From: Lepidodermella squamata
Taxonomy: Eukaryota; Animalia; Gastrotricha
NCBI GenBank assembly: GCA_047495785.1
Contig: JBLDXI010000001.1
Span: 2,294,001-2,358,000 of the forward strand
DNA length: 64,000 nt
Reading direction: 5' to 3'
In this document: piece after piece, positions 11,218 to 24,540 of the stretch
How positions within the stretch are numbered: position 1 is the first letter of the stretch
Layout: the number at the start of each line of letters is the position of its first letter
Translations under genes and position numbers: made by a program
Notes under the pieces: model-generated
What the model was told of the DNA's origin: nothing
Seen by the model: the letters and a program-made list of their open reading frames with translations, nothing else
Database searches by the model: none

Positions 11218-12991
11218 TTATATTTTTTCCTCGCCTCCATTTTTCGGCTTCCTTTTCCCGATCTGCAATAGCGGTTGGCCCGGGGCGAAGCGCTCACCCG
11301 GCAGCAAAACACCCGATGAACCGGCTCGGGTTTCGGGGAAAAACAGCAGGCAAAGAACGAATTCAATCGCAGCTACAGCTGCGAATGGCAGAAACGAATA
11401 CTGGCCAATAGCAATTCGCATCGCCGGGAACAAAAAGCTGCTGACGATGTTGAACGCCCAATTAGCGAGCAGCCCAACACTCATCGCCATTGGTCGAGCG
11501 TTTTGATCGAATAATTCTGCGGCGATGAAGGGAGCAATGGGCCCGGGGCCGATAGCGAAAAGAAAAACGAAGAGAGTGAATCCCAGAATGCTTGCTTGGA
11601 AAATCTGGAAAATACCAACAAAATTGTCATTAATTTAATTAACAATTAAAAAATCTTACATTGTATGTCAGAACTATGACCAGCAGTACTTGGGCGAGGC
11701 AGATACCAACCAGGCCGGTTAACATTAGTGGTCGCCTGCCAACGCGGTCGATGATGATAGCGCTTAGAATATTTCCAAGCAATCCCGCGACAGTTATTCC
11801 CAAATTAGCCAGTCCAGCCATATCTGCGGACAATCCGGTAGAAAACAGCACGGAGGCTGCGTAGAACAGAGCAGGGTCCAGCCCGGTTAATTGAGCGCAG
11901 ATCAGTACATTCACAACGATGATCAACGGCCACCATAGATGACGGTTCCTAAACACGCTCTTGAATGAAACTGGCTCGATTTTCGCCTCAACAGCTGATG
12001 CTTCTTTTATTTCGGCAATTTCAGCTTCTAGTTCTGCCTCGGGAATTCCACGAAGCTTTTTCAAAGCTGGAAAATCGTATTTAAGTAATTATTTTGCAAA
12101 TTTTCGAATTGAATACCTATCAATGCCAGATCGTCTCTGCCCTGGTCAAGTAACGCTCGGGGACTCTCGACCACGAAAAATAACATGACCCCATCGATAA
12201 CAAAAATGCCCATTTCGAAAACTGAAATTCATAAAATTATTGAAATGACCCTTTAATTGTTCGAAGCTCACGGAAAAGATAGTGCCAAGTTGATTCCTTT
12301 CCCAAAACATGGCCGAGCCCCAGAACGCTGGCACTGATGAGTCCGAGATTGACTCCAATTCCGATAAAAGTGCTCAATATACCGCGTAGTCGACAAGGGG
12401 CGTGTTCCAGGATGAGTGATGGAGCGATCACCAGAACGAAACCGGTTTGAAATCCCAAAATTGTTCGTCCGATGTAGAGCGGGATGTGACTGCCAGTCCA
12501 AGGTGTTATGAACATTACGGTGGCACCAGTGAGTCCGACAAAAGATCCCAGAAGAAGGGCATTTTTCCTTAAAAAAACGATCTTAATGCGTTGAATTTTT
12601 CGACGCAAACTGGCTTACTTTCCAATTATCCCAGAAACTTTTACTGGAATCCAGGTTGACCCAATAATACCACCGACTACGTACAGGGTAACGATGACGG
12701 ACCAGATGGAAGAAAGCTCAGCACTGGTCAGAATTTGCCCACTTTGCGCGAATGATTCATTCACGTAGTTATTCATCACTTGAAAAGGCGCGTTGATCAC
12801 CGCTGGGAAGATTTTTTCCAAATTCATTTTTCATGGGATATTTTTTGAAGATTCTTACCCATATTATAGCCGAAAGCGAATGCAGTCCCTAATATGACTG
12901 ATAGGTTACAGAATATCAGATAGCACGTCCAGCGTTGATTTTTCGCGGGAATCGATGGCGATTGAGCGGGTTTTCCAGCTTCGACAATCAT
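11218..12991 (-). CDS. SLC2/GLUT-family (sugar porter, MFS) transporter copy 1, multi-exon
   Basis: FGYN.G, VINAP, GR.ILG, LRG, VESPR, QLTG, DRVGRRPL, GPGP, AELF.Q.ARP, ANW and PET motifs across GT-AG exons. Confidence 0.9.
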
Positions 12992-13098
12992 GATGGTTTT
13001 GCAGCAACAAAAACTAACCCAGTTGTTTTCGAATAATTCACGTTATTGTCAAAACGCCGTGAACTCGAGTGTTGACATGAGTGCATGACATGCATCGC

Positions 13099-13108
13099 TT
13101 ATTTATAG
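13099..13108 (-). promoter_or_regulatory. TATA-like box upstream of GLUT copy 1
   Basis: CTATAAATAA on the minus strand about 110 bp upstream of ATG 12991. Confidence 0.45.
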
Positions 13109-13224
13109 ACGATAAACCTCAGACGTCGGAGCTACCATCCATGCGAAACGGGAAAGCGTGCTAAGGTGAGATGAGCCTTCTGGTCGATCACGGCCACAAC
13201 AGCACGACTGGCCGCAAACACGGC

Positions 13225-13545
13225 GTTAACGCGCGCTCTCCAGGCTGGTTACACGTGAACCTTTTTATAATTTTAAAAACGCATTTAGCATAAGATTGTC
13301 GCGTGCTCTCTAAGTACGCAGAAGTAAAACGCATCTGCGTAATTGCAGAAAAAAAATCGTGAACAATAACGTTTCTAAGAAACTGTGTCATTACTTCGGT
13401 GGTTCTTCTTGAAAAACGTTATAAAATGAAAAACGATCCATGGAAGACGTTATATGATCCTGGACAAGAAGACAAAAGGGCTGGTGGAAAGTAGAACTTT
13501 CAGGAATCTCCAGCAAATTGCTCAAATACCGCAATATCAAATCTC
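13225..13545 (+). repeat. dispersed repeat copy A (direct repeat of 14790-15100)
   Basis: Shared sequence ggttacacgtgaacc...gcatttagcataagattgtcgcgtgctct...gatcctggacaagaagacaaaagggctggtggaaagtagaactttcaggaatctcc. Confidence 0.8.
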
Positions 13546-13984
13546 GCCGATTTTCCCTTGATTATATTGGAAGAAAACTGCAAAAAGGTTGCAAAACTGC
13601 ACTCGCTTTTCGAAACATTTCCAACATTATTAAACCATAAATTTAAATTTTATCTCACTTCCCCCGTGTTCGGGGTAAAAGGCGAAGGCGAACCAAACCA
13701 ACAACCCGATCAACAATTCTCAATTCTCCTGGGGTTTTGCTATTAATTTGAAATTTGCTAAAGAACCCTGAACAATTTAGAAAATTTATTTAATAATTTT
13801 CCATTATTTCCTTCATTATTACAATTTCGAAAAAATAATCACCGTGTTCCTCTCGAAGAGATCTATCCGATGACTTTGTAATACGACCTAGCGTCTGCAA
13901 AAAATTGACGGAAGAAATTTTGAAATTTTTCGATTTTCGGCCTCCAAAAAATTGATGAATCATCAGTAGTATCTGGCGCCCATG

Positions 13985-14556
13985 CAGTGTTGGGGATTTG
14001 ATTTGAAATCAAAATCAAAATCAAATCTCGCTCCCTCTAAAATCATTTTCTGTTCCTAAAATCAAATCTTAAAACACTGTAATCAATCAAATCCCCAAAA
14101 TCGTTGAAATCTTTGGAAATAATGCATGCGAGATTCAACCATAAAAAACACGAGGGAAACCTTGTCCAAGAAGTTTACTACTCGAAAATTTTACTTGGGT
14201 TTCCATCTTTATCAAGTTTTTACTTGGATCATAGGTAATTAAGGAGCGAATCCCCAAGAAAAAATACCAAACGCTAATAGCATGTATAGTCACCAACGTG
14301 ATCAGAGAAAAAAACTCGATTCGCCGACAACATCAAAGGCATAAATATGCCGCCAAGTTCAGGTCATCCCGATGATGTTTAAACCCAAGAAACTTGAAGT
14401 ATTTTATGATCATCCCGGCAGTTTGCTAATACGGGTCGCTATTTTCCCACGATGTTTCTGATTTTGAAATCCCTGAAATCAAGTTTTTTTGCGCCAATCA
14501 AATCTTTATTCGTTCAAATCAATCCCTGAAATCGTGAAAATCAAAATCTGAAAAAT
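13985..14556. mobile_element. hAT-like non-autonomous element with truncated right end
   Basis: Starts cagtgttgggga and is flanked by the 8-bp duplication cgcccatg (13977-13984 and 14557-14564). Many internal AAATC subterminal motifs. Right TIR is not intact. Confidence 0.55.
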
Positions 14557-14789
14557 CGCCCATGGCGTTACACCCCTTTTCTCGTGAGTAGTCAGTCTAT
14601 ACTGATATCATGTCTATGGGGATAACTAACTATTGAAATACGAATTTCCACAACTCCATAATTTCCAGTTCACCGAAAACGATAGGCTATATTTTGAAAA
14701 TTCGACATCGACATCGACACATGTTTTCATTGGCATTAATTTTTTCGCAGCTCATTTCTCGTTATTAGGAAGCTCAAGAGCCGATAAAT

Positions 14790-15100
14790 TAACGCCCTCC
14801 AGGTGTGGTTGGTTACACGTGAACCTTTTTTCAAAAATGCATTTAGCATAAGATTGTCGCGTGCTCTGTAAGTACACAGAAAGTAAAACGCATCTGCGTA
14901 ATTGCGTGAACAATAACTTTTTCAAGAAACTTTGTCATTAATTCTGTGATTCTTCTTGAAAAACGTTTATAATAAGAAAAACGTTCCATGGAAGACGTTA
15001 TATGATCCTGGACAAGAAGACAAAAGGGCTGGTGGAAAGTAGAACTTTCAGGAATCTCCATCAGCAAATCGCTCAAACTCCACGATATCATATATTGGAA
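14790..15100 (+). repeat. dispersed repeat copy B
   Basis: High identity to 13225-13545. Confidence 0.8.
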
Positions 15101-15499
15101 CAAAATTGCAGAAATTTGCAAAATGGCACTATATAAGATTCGATTTTCGAAATATTTCGAACAATAATCGATAAATTAAAAAAATTTCCCCATGTCGGTA
15201 CCGGTTAGTCGAACCTAGCCGAACCTGTTTTAGCTTGGCCGGACCTATCTCCGAAGCTGTTTTGGCCTGTTTGAATCTCTCGGCATATGTTAGTCGAACC
15301 TATAGTCAAAGCGAGTTTGGCCTGTTCGAACCTGGGCGAACGTCTTCAGATGTGGCCAAACTATTTCCTCATATCGGCCAACTTCGTCTAACGCATTTTT
15401 AAGATTTTTTCACAACTTGGATATTTTTGACGTTGTCACCAAACTATTTTGCTTTTTGCTTTTTAATGGAATTTAACAACCGGAAAGACAATTCTCCTG

Positions 15500-15720
15500 A
15501 TTTGTTCGCTATTAGTTTGAAATTGGCTAAAGAATCCTGAACAATTTCAGTAAAAACCCTGAAAAACAGCCAGGAACCAGGAATACCTAAAAATTATCAG
15601 AGGCTTCCAACGTCAAAGTGTTTGGGGCATTTCGGTTATTTTTCAGGGTATTTTGGTTGATCTGAGTTACTGACGCTGCTCAGGGTTGTTTAGGAAATTT
15701 CAAATTAATAGCGAAAACAC
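15500..15720. mobile_element. degenerate MITE-like inverted repeat
   Basis: ttcgctattagtttgaaattggctaaagaatcctga versus its inverted copy tcagggttgtttaggaaatttcaaattaatagcgaa. A related end is at ~13735-13775. Confidence 0.5.
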
Positions 15721-16030
15721 CAATAGGAAAATTTTTGCTCCGGAATTTATTATGTAATATGCATGATTATGCTACCTAAAGTAGGTCGAATTTTCGCGCT
15801 ATTTTATTTGAATTTTTCCATGCAAAAAATCGATCAGTTCAGAATTTAGCGCGCGTGGGAAATCCTTAAGCATAATGATGACAATTCAAAAATGGCAAAC
15901 AAGCGAGGCTCGATCAATTTTGATCATAAATAAATGCTCCGTTGGTCATTAATTGGTTTTTCGCGCTTTCATTAATTGAAACCATAATAATACTATGCGA
16001 TTTATTTTAATAATTTTCACCTGCTGATTA

Positions 16031-17354
16031 ATGAAGCGTTTCGGTTTTTGGCTTTTATTAATTTCAATCACGATTCCGGTCAGCTATTGTGCGATGAGGA
16101 AAGCTGACAAGGATTACTTTTGCGATTCTTTATACGAGACCTGTCCTTACCTCTCGAGCAAAACTGCAGTTCCCACAGAGGGAGATTTCCAAATGGTAAA
16201 CGTCACCCTAGTTTTTTCCCCTTCAAGCTCCATCGAAATACGAGACTCCGACCAAAGGTGCTATATTATTTACATTCAGCCTGAATGCTAACTATCGGAC
16301 ATTATTCATTTCAGCTTTCAGATTCAGATGGAAATTTTCCTGCAGTGGGATCTTCCTAAATGCGCCAACTGGGAAGTAGACAGGCCGGATTTGAACGTAT
16401 CAAATACCTCAAAATTGGCGAACCTGTATTGCTCTCAAAGCTCCGATCGAATTTGGATTCCCCGCCTAAAACATGCGAACAGGTTAGGATCGAAAGCAAC
16501 ACCTTTGGACAGGTAAACTCGATGCGATTTTTAGACTTTTCAGTTCATTAAGTATCTATTTAGTAATGCGAATGTCATTATCACAAAAAATGGAACTGCG
16601 GCTTGGCAAATTTCCGGAAGATATTCATCATCCTGCCCTCTTTCATTCAATCGGTTATTTTTTACTTCGAATTTGAATGTTGATGAAAAAAAATATTTCG
16701 AATAGGTTTCCATTCGACAGGCAAATTTGCTCGATCAAAATCGAGGTTGCTAACTTCATGGAAGCATTTATGACCAACATCTCATCTGTTCAGCGTGTTC
16801 CCTTTGCAGATAGTGAAATCCTCAGCGACTCAGACATTTGGACCTTGGTCAGCAATTCCTCAAGAACAACTTATTCTTCGCGCTACGCATGGAACCTTCA
16901 ATCAGGCGCAGAATTCATATTTGAAGTAGAGCGGAAGGCCGATACTTACACCTACACAATATTTCTACCCATGGCTTTGATCACTGTTCTTCAGCTGAGC
17001 ACCTTCGCCATGCCCGCTGAAATGCCAGATCGAGCCGCGTTTTCAATGACAGTTTTTCTCTGCTCATCAGTTTTGTTGTCAGTCATCACGGAAGATTTGC
17101 CGACAACGGCTGAATCGCTTTACTTGACGCAAAATTTAGCCGCGCAAATGTCTCTCGGTGTTATTATAACGACGTTCGCTTTGATCACGTGCCGGCTCGG
17201 TTGCAATTACGAAGATTATTGGAAGGCGCCGGGCAAGATATGCAAAAATTACCTGTCACGAATAGATGTGATGGATTTGGCTGCTTTTTCTGTCGCTTTT
17301 CTAGTCTACATCATCCTAGACTGGTTAACTTTCTATTTTATGAAAATTGATTGA
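16031..17354 (+). CDS. divergent Cys-loop ligand-gated ion channel subunit (nAChR/5-HT3-like), 4 exons
   Basis: Signal peptide, W..., RIWIPRL (loop A), Cys-loop C-PLSFNRFPFDRQI-C, four TM helices (YTIFLP; PDRAAFSMTVFL; LPTT..YL; D...F). No vicinal Cys in loop C; short M3-M4 loop. Confidence 0.85.
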
Positions 17355-17717
17355 TTCAACACCTCATCGCGTTTCTACCTTAATTATGGATTGCCATTTT
17401 CACAAACATGTAATTGATTTTTTGACATTTTACACTGATTTTTCCCCATTTTTTGCGAGTTCAATATTTTCCTATCTTTTCCTATAACATTTGCTGTTGT
17501 TGTTACTAATTGATTTGGTTGAAAAAATTGCTATAGGTCAAAAGTGCAAACACGAGGCCTTGTCCAATAAAACAAGATCGTTGGAAAATATCTTGGATTC
17601 CGTTTGCCTCTACAACCTATTACTTGGCAACCTTCGTAATGTCGTTATGAATGCAGAAATTCGATTTTAACGACATAAATAATTTTTTTAATGAACGGAT
17701 AGACAAACATCACTTAA

Positions 17718-18729
17718 CCCTCTAAGGCCGGGAGCGTGTATACTCAAACTACGACTTCTCACCTTGAATTCTCATACTTCTCGATTTATGACGGAAAAAC
17801 GGCTTGGCAACATTTTAGATGGCCATCTGGACTACCCGATTCCGAAAACCGCAAACTCGCCGCGTTGATTGCGTAACACAGGTGAGCGCGCAAATCACGG
17901 GCACTCATGCCTATTGTGTAAACTCAGGCAAATTTCGACCAAATGACACGGGGGTTGCGCGGGCGGCCTGTTTTGTGTGCATCGATTTACTAACTGCGTG
18001 TTAGCTCAACTGGCCACTTGAGTTTACTCATGCACCTATGGTTATTTCGATATCTTTTTTTTTCATTTATGGTCGATAAAATAATAATCAAAGACATGGT
18101 GCGCACCCAGGGTGTGGCAGATGTTGTGCAACACAACATTGCGTAACAGTGATGAGTATTGTATTGTTACTCAATAATAAATGCACACTCACAATGCATA
18201 CGTTCAGACATATAAACCGCGCAGAGAGAGCGTATAGAATCACACATCTTTAGCTTATAGTTTAAGTTTTATTTCGAATTTGGCAAGTCAACTAATTTTT
18301 GATCCCGTGGTTAGCGGTAGTTGGCCTACAGCGATCCGAAGCGCGCTCGCGAACAACTAGCTGCGATATCTACCTGTGCTGCTGTTTTGCCGCCGTACGC
18401 CGACATTCCAGATGCCGCTGAATGCTGTTTAATCGCGATTTTTTCATCAAATTTATCAATTTTTTAAATTTTTGAATAAAATACATGTGATTTTTGCGCT
18501 CTTCCTGTGTTAACTCAAGTGCGAGTTTTTACAAATAATAAGTGTGAGTAAACTCAAGTGGGTACTTGTGTATAATCGGTATTGAGTGTCGTAAAAATCG
18601 CCATTCCAAAATATCACCCCCAAAACTGAGTTCACACAAGTTGCAGCTTAGTTAACTCAAAATGAGTGGTTTTTCCCCAATGAGTATACTCAAATTGTCA
18701 AAACTCAAGACGCTGCCGGCCTTAGAGGG
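17718..18729. mobile_element. non-autonomous piggyBac-type element
   Basis: TTAA target duplications (17714-17717, 18730-18733). 20-bp TIR ccctctaaggccgg(g/c)agcgt with one mismatch. No transposase ORF. Confidence 0.9.
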
Positions 18730-19892
18730 TTAATCATCGAAATACCTTCTCTTCATATTTTTTGCAATCAATAGATAGATGAAACTAAGGGACATTTGAA
18801 ATTACTACGGGGGCATTACAATTTGACAACAAAAGGTACAACTTTGTAAAAAAAATCCGAAAATCAATTGCCAATTCTTTGCAAATTTTTACACCGTTTC
18901 AATTCCCTTGTCCTGGGCATAATTGTCGTATTTTTCCACGGCTCGGTTCAGTTAAGTCACCTGAGAAAAAAGGCTCGAAAGAAAGTTAAAATTTTGACAA
19001 GCTAAGTACAACTTTGACAACTCAATGATAAATGCCCCTTTTTAACTCGAGCGTCAGCAGTGATTCATCGTGTGCTTGGTGAATATTAACAATTTCTTAT
19101 TTGATTTCTGAATTTTTCTATTAAAACGCTGTTTTCAAAGGTATTGCTTCGAAACTTCCCAAAAAATATGAAAGAACGGCGATAGAATTTGGGAAAACCT
19201 TCTAAAATATCTACATGAGACAGGCTTCGTCTAAGTACCATTTGAAAATCGATTAAGACGTCTTACAAGATAGTTTTTTGAGTGTTCAAATTTTGTATCT
19301 GCTGTAAAAATTGTGTTGACGAGTTGTCAACATTGTATTTAAAAAATCGATATTTTTCAGGTAATTCACCTGGAACTGGCTCTTTAAAATTTACGGCTCT
19401 CACATCAATAATTACCATCTAAACGCCAGCTTCATTTTGGTATTAAAAATTCTATCTAATACCGCCCAGGTGAAGAGATCCAAAGGGGCAATTTTAGGGT
19501 CTTCGAGGGTTCGGTTTCAAAAATCAGCAGTCAGTAGTGGAATCGAATTCGGGAACACAAAATCGATACCTGTATTCTACAGAAGCCAAGGGATTTTTTA
19601 TATATTTTTTCACAATTTTAGGAAGTAAACCGCATGTTGGCCATTATGCAGAAAAATGTTATCGAACTTTTACCTGTAAAAACCGTACCCCTCGACGGTA
19701 AATGTTTTGCTCTCCCCCATTGCTTAGGAAAGAACTTTATCACGTTGTAAGTAAGGGATAATTACACGATATGACAAAGAGACATTTTAATAGCGCTTCT
19801 ATCACGCTGGTTCCAAGTGAAATTAATCTAATATTTTATTTGAAAATTCCTGAAAATTGTTCCCGCTTAGTTACTGTAATGTTAGAAAGTCG

Positions 19893-21758
19893 TCATGCAG
19901 TACGACTACAATTCTTAGTGGGTAAGTCGTCCTCCTTCCGCCGATTTTTGCAGCCAATTTTCAATTGAACGAGCGGGCACTCAGGAGCGTACCGTTCGGC
20001 CGCCGACGTAACATCTGTCAAACCAACGCCTGTTTCCGGCATGAAAATCAGGCAAAACAAGAATTCAAGAGCAGCAACGGCAGCAAAAGGCAGGAAGGAA
20101 TATTGGTGGATTGTGATCTGCATGGCCGGGAAAATGAAGCTGCTGATGATGTTGCAAGACCAATTGGCGAAGAGTGACACGCTCATGCCCATTGGTCGAG
20201 CGTTTTGATCGAATAATTCAGCGGCGATGAAGCAAGGTATCGGCCCGGGTCCAGACGCGAAAAACAGGTGAAACAGAGCGAAACCCAAAATGCTCGCTTG
20301 GAAAACCTTTAAACAAATTTATAAAGTTTAGTGATTTGTCTTTGAAGATGTGAGAGAAAATAATATTACGTTATAGGTTAGAACGATGACCAGCAAAATT
20401 TGAGCCAGAGAAACACCGATCAGCCCGATGATCATCAATGGACGCCGACCAACTCGATCGATGATTATCGCATTGACGATGTTTCCAATAAGGTTCGCGA
20501 CTGATACGCCAAAATTCGCGAGTCCAGCCATGTCAGAAGGTAAACCAGCGGAGTAGAGCACATTTGCTGCGTAGAAGAAAACCGGAGCTAGACCGGTCAG
20601 TTGAGCGCAAATTTGCATATTCACGACAATAATTAAGGGCCACCATAGTGCGCGATTTTTGAATATAGTTTTGATTGAAACTAGTTCGATTTTTGCGTCA
20701 GCTGCTGATATTGCTTTTAGTTCGGTTAGCTCAGCTTCGACATCTTTCGCCGATCTTCCGCGAAGCCTTTTTAAAGCTGAAAATCAAGAGCTTGAAAAAT
20801 CAGATCGCAGGCATTGAATAGTTCCTATACCTTCTCTTGCTTGGTCTTCTTTGCCCTGATCGATTAAAGCTCGCGGGCTTTCGACGACAAAAAACAAGGC
20901 AGCTCCATCAATCAAATAAATGCCGAGCTCGAAGACTTGAAAAAATTAACAAAATTGATAAAATTAAAAAAAATTTGTATAATTAATTTTTAAAAATTTA
21001 AGAATTTGAAATAATTTTTTATTTACGGAATAAATATTGCCACGTCGACTCCTTTCCCAGCACAAAGCTGAGGCCCAGAATGTTCGATACGAGCAGGCCG
21101 AGGCTGATACCAATGCCGATGAAACTGCCCAGTATACCTCTCAGTTTGCCAGGTGCATGCTCTATAATTATCGAAGGCACGATCACCAGTGTGAAGCCAG
21201 CTTGAAATCCAAGTACGGTTCGTCCAATGTACAGTGGAATGTGGCTTTCAGTCCAGGGTGTTACAAACAAGATCACCGCACCAACGCACCCAATAGCAGA
21301 TCCCAAAATTAAAGAATTCCTCCTTTAAAATGTCGATTATAAATAGAAATTGTTGTGCAATCAATTATTAATTTGCAGTTCTCACTTTCCAATTTTGCTT
21401 GAAACTTTGACTGGAATCCAAGTTGATCCTATGATGCCGCCAATTAGATATAACGCAACTATAGCAGACCAGTTCGAACTAAGCTCAGCGCTTGACAAAA
21501 TCTGGCCACTTCTCGCAAATGACTGGTTGACGTAGTTGTTCATAACTACAAACGGGGCATTTATCACGCCTAATTACAAGGTAATTCTCAATAATTAACC
21601 CTGATAATTTTTCAAGAAATTTTTTTACCGAGGTTGTAGCCGAATAGGAACGAAGAGCCAAGAACGATTGAAAGATTGCAGTAGATCAAATAGAATGTCC
21701 AGCCACCACCTTTCTGATCCATGGGCACTGAAATAGCTGATTCACCGGTCCTTCCCAT
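19893..21758 (-). CDS. SLC2/GLUT-family transporter copy 2, multi-exon
   Basis: FLFGYNLG, VINAP, VESPR, AQLTG, DRVGRRPL, GPGPIP, ANW, MPET; same exon structure as copy 1. Confidence 0.9.
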
Positions 21759-22036
21759 TTGCCTGCAGATATTTGGAGGAAACAATATTTTTTACTTGTC
21801 TTATTTTTATTAAGGATTGATGGGGTTTTTTGTGAAGTAACTTTTTACCCGTCTCGCCTTCAAATTAAAATCCGCTCACACGTGATTATGATAACGGTGA
21901 AGAGGCGTGCTGGCGTAGACAGTTCATGCATATATACCTTTAGCACTGTTCCCTGGCCTCGAAAGACAAGAAAAAAATGTTTTAATCTTTAGTTGCAGCA
22001 CTTAGTTATTTACTTTAAAGAGCTAACATACCAAAA
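21759..22036. promoter_or_regulatory. probable bidirectional promoter between GLUT copy 2 and DDC
   Basis: 278 bp between divergent ATGs, with a TATA-like catatatacc near 21930. Confidence 0.55.
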
Positions 22037-23841
22037 ATGAACGCTGATGAGTTTCGCCAGCATGGCAAGGAGATGATTGATTTCGCGGCTGATTACCTGG
22101 AAAACATCAGGGAGAGGTTGATAAATATTGAATTAAATAATTAATTATTCCAAATTTATATTTGAAGACCCGTTTTTCCCAACGACCTGAAGCCGGGATT
22201 CTTGACTCCACAGTTGCCATCAGAAGCACCACAAGAACCGGAAAGTTTCGAAGCTGTGATGGAGGATATTAATCGAGTCATATTACCCGGAGTAACTCAT
22301 TGGCATTCTCCGAAGTAAGTTCAATTTAAAATTATTTCTCAATTATACTAACCGATTAATTTTTCTAAAAGGTTTTTCGCTTATTTTCCAACTGCCAACT
22401 CATATCCGGCGATCGTTGCTGATATTCTGTCAGATGCCATTGGCTGCATAGGATTTTCATGGGCCTCCTCGCCAAGCTGCACTGAGGTTCGTATTTTAAA
22501 TTATTTCAAAACCTAATTAAAATTAAATTTTTTAAATAAAATTAGCTAGAGACAGTTATGATGGACTGGTTGGCAAAAATGCTGCAACTTCCAGAGCATT
22601 TCCTGTTCAGTTCTGGCCAAAAAGGTGGTGGCATCATTCACGGAACAGCCAGTGAAGCGACATTCACAGCTCTTTTAGCTGCCCGAAGTAGAGCTATAGC
22701 CCAACAAAAGGAACTTCATCCCAATTCAACAGCGGGCAGCGTTCTCGATAAATTGGTCGCTTTCTGCTCAGACCAGGCTCATTCCAGTGTTGAACGAGCT
22801 GGTTTGATGGGCTGTATCCAAAATTTCGTCAAAGTCCCGAGTGACGACGAAGGATCGATGCGAGGTGATGCTCTAAAACAAGCGATTGAAACTGCGAAAG
22901 CTCAAGGTCAAATTCCGTTTTACGTTGTGGCAACGCTTGGCACTACTAGTACATGTGCTTTCGATTATTTATTGGAAATCGGCAGAATTGTCGCTGAGTT
23001 CAATGAAAAGAGCGAAGCGCCGATTTGGCTGCATGTTGATGCAGCTTATGCTGGTAGTGCATTCTGTTGTCCTGAATATCGGCACTACTTGAACGGCGTG
23101 GAATTCGCCGACTCTTTCAACTTTAACCCTCACAAATGGATGTTGGTCAACTTTGACTGCTCCGCCATGTGGTTCAAAGATGCCTCACAAGTGGTTAGTT
23201 GAGAATTTTTGAGCCTCTTTTTTTGTTACTGAATCTTTTGTTTTAAGGTGGACGCGTTCAATGTCGATCCGTTGTACTTGAAACACCAATTTCAAGGGCA
23301 ACAGCAAGTTCCGGACTATCGGCATTGGCAGATCCCTCTCGGGCGTAGATTCAGAGCTTTGAAGCTTTTCTTTGTCCTTCGATTGTTCGGAGTTCGAGGA
23401 ATTCAGGTTTCTCTTCTAAGCAATTCGTTATTGTTCATTTTATTTCTGTGATTTATAGGATTATATCAGAAAGCAGATCGGACTGGCTCATTTGTTTGAA
23501 GATAGGCTGAAATCCGACAAGCGATTTGAAGTAGCAGCAAATGTCACGATGGGGCTGGTTTGTTTTCGATTGATCAAAGTTGGCGATGGTGATGACATAA
23601 ACGAGCCATCTGAAGCTCTTTACAAGGCGATTTCGAACGATGGCCGAATTCACTTGGTTCCGACAAAAGTCAAGTAGACATTTTTTCAATGAAAAATAAT
23701 GAAAAATGTTCAAAAATGCTGTTTTTCAGGAGAAAATTCATGCTTAGACTGGCGATTTGTGCGGCAAAAACCTCAGAGCAAGACATAGAATTCGCGTGGA
23801 ACGTGATCAAAGAACTGGCCACTAATGTTCTGACAGGCTGA
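22037..23841 (+). CDS. DDC: aromatic L-amino acid (DOPA) decarboxylase, PLP-dependent group II
   Basis: [16 protein letters not shown]..., [49 protein letters not shown] (PLP Lys), [15 protein letters not shown]. Residues are DDC-type (G in PLGRR, F in AYFP, H in AHSS, loop Y) rather than HDC, TDC or aldehyde synthase. Confidence 0.95.
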
Positions 23842-24540
23842 AGCGTTTCTTCCCCAAAAACATGAAATATATTTGAGGCTAATATTTCCTTGTTAATTGA
23901 TCAACTAATTTGCATTAAATTACCGTATATCATTTTAACGGTTAGAAGCTGATTAATAAAAAGTGAGAATTCCCACCTCAAATTATCGAAAAGGCTTTAG
24001 CGAGTTTTAATTATCTATTTTTTGCTGCCATATGCCGTTACAGTGGAGCAGAGGTCACAGCACCCCAAGCTAGTCATAAGGTTATTCACAGTACACGCTG
24101 GATAACTATTATTACGTTACGTGAAAAAAAACTTGCCGCCGCACAACAAGCAGCGCGCGCTCCCACTTCAATTAATTGCCTTTCGCTTTTGGAACTCCCT
24201 CTAAATGGCAACATCAAACTCATCACTAATCCTCTCACGTCATCACACACGTGCCATGTGAAGATGAATCCACCTTAAAAATCCACCTTAACAAACTTGA
24301 GGTATTTTACACTTCAATTTTCGACAATTTGAAGTATTGGCTGAACTACGTAAAATTATCTCCTTCAAATTGCTTTTTGCAGCGAAAATCATTGAGGCCG
24401 CATGGCATTGGAACAAAAGATCAACAGCGAAAAGGATAAGAATTTTTGTTTATTATTTAAACTAAAATATTGCTAAAAATATTGAAATAATACTATACTA
24501 TATCCTCTATCTCAAAGATTATTTAGTTGGGCCCCATCGA

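Noticed and set aside
15195-15390. Short recurring (c)gaacct motifs resembling a repeat array or CRISPR
   Set aside because: The repeats are degenerate and irregular in a eukaryotic context with no cas genes; more likely transposon subterminal repeats.
18809-19038. ggggcatt...aatgcccc possible MITE ends
   Set aside because: Only an 8-bp inverted match with no clear TSD.
22037-23841. Alternative call as histidine/tyrosine decarboxylase or aromatic aldehyde synthase
   Set aside because: It has G in PLGRR, F in AYFP, H in AHSS and the catalytic-loop Tyr, all DDC-type.
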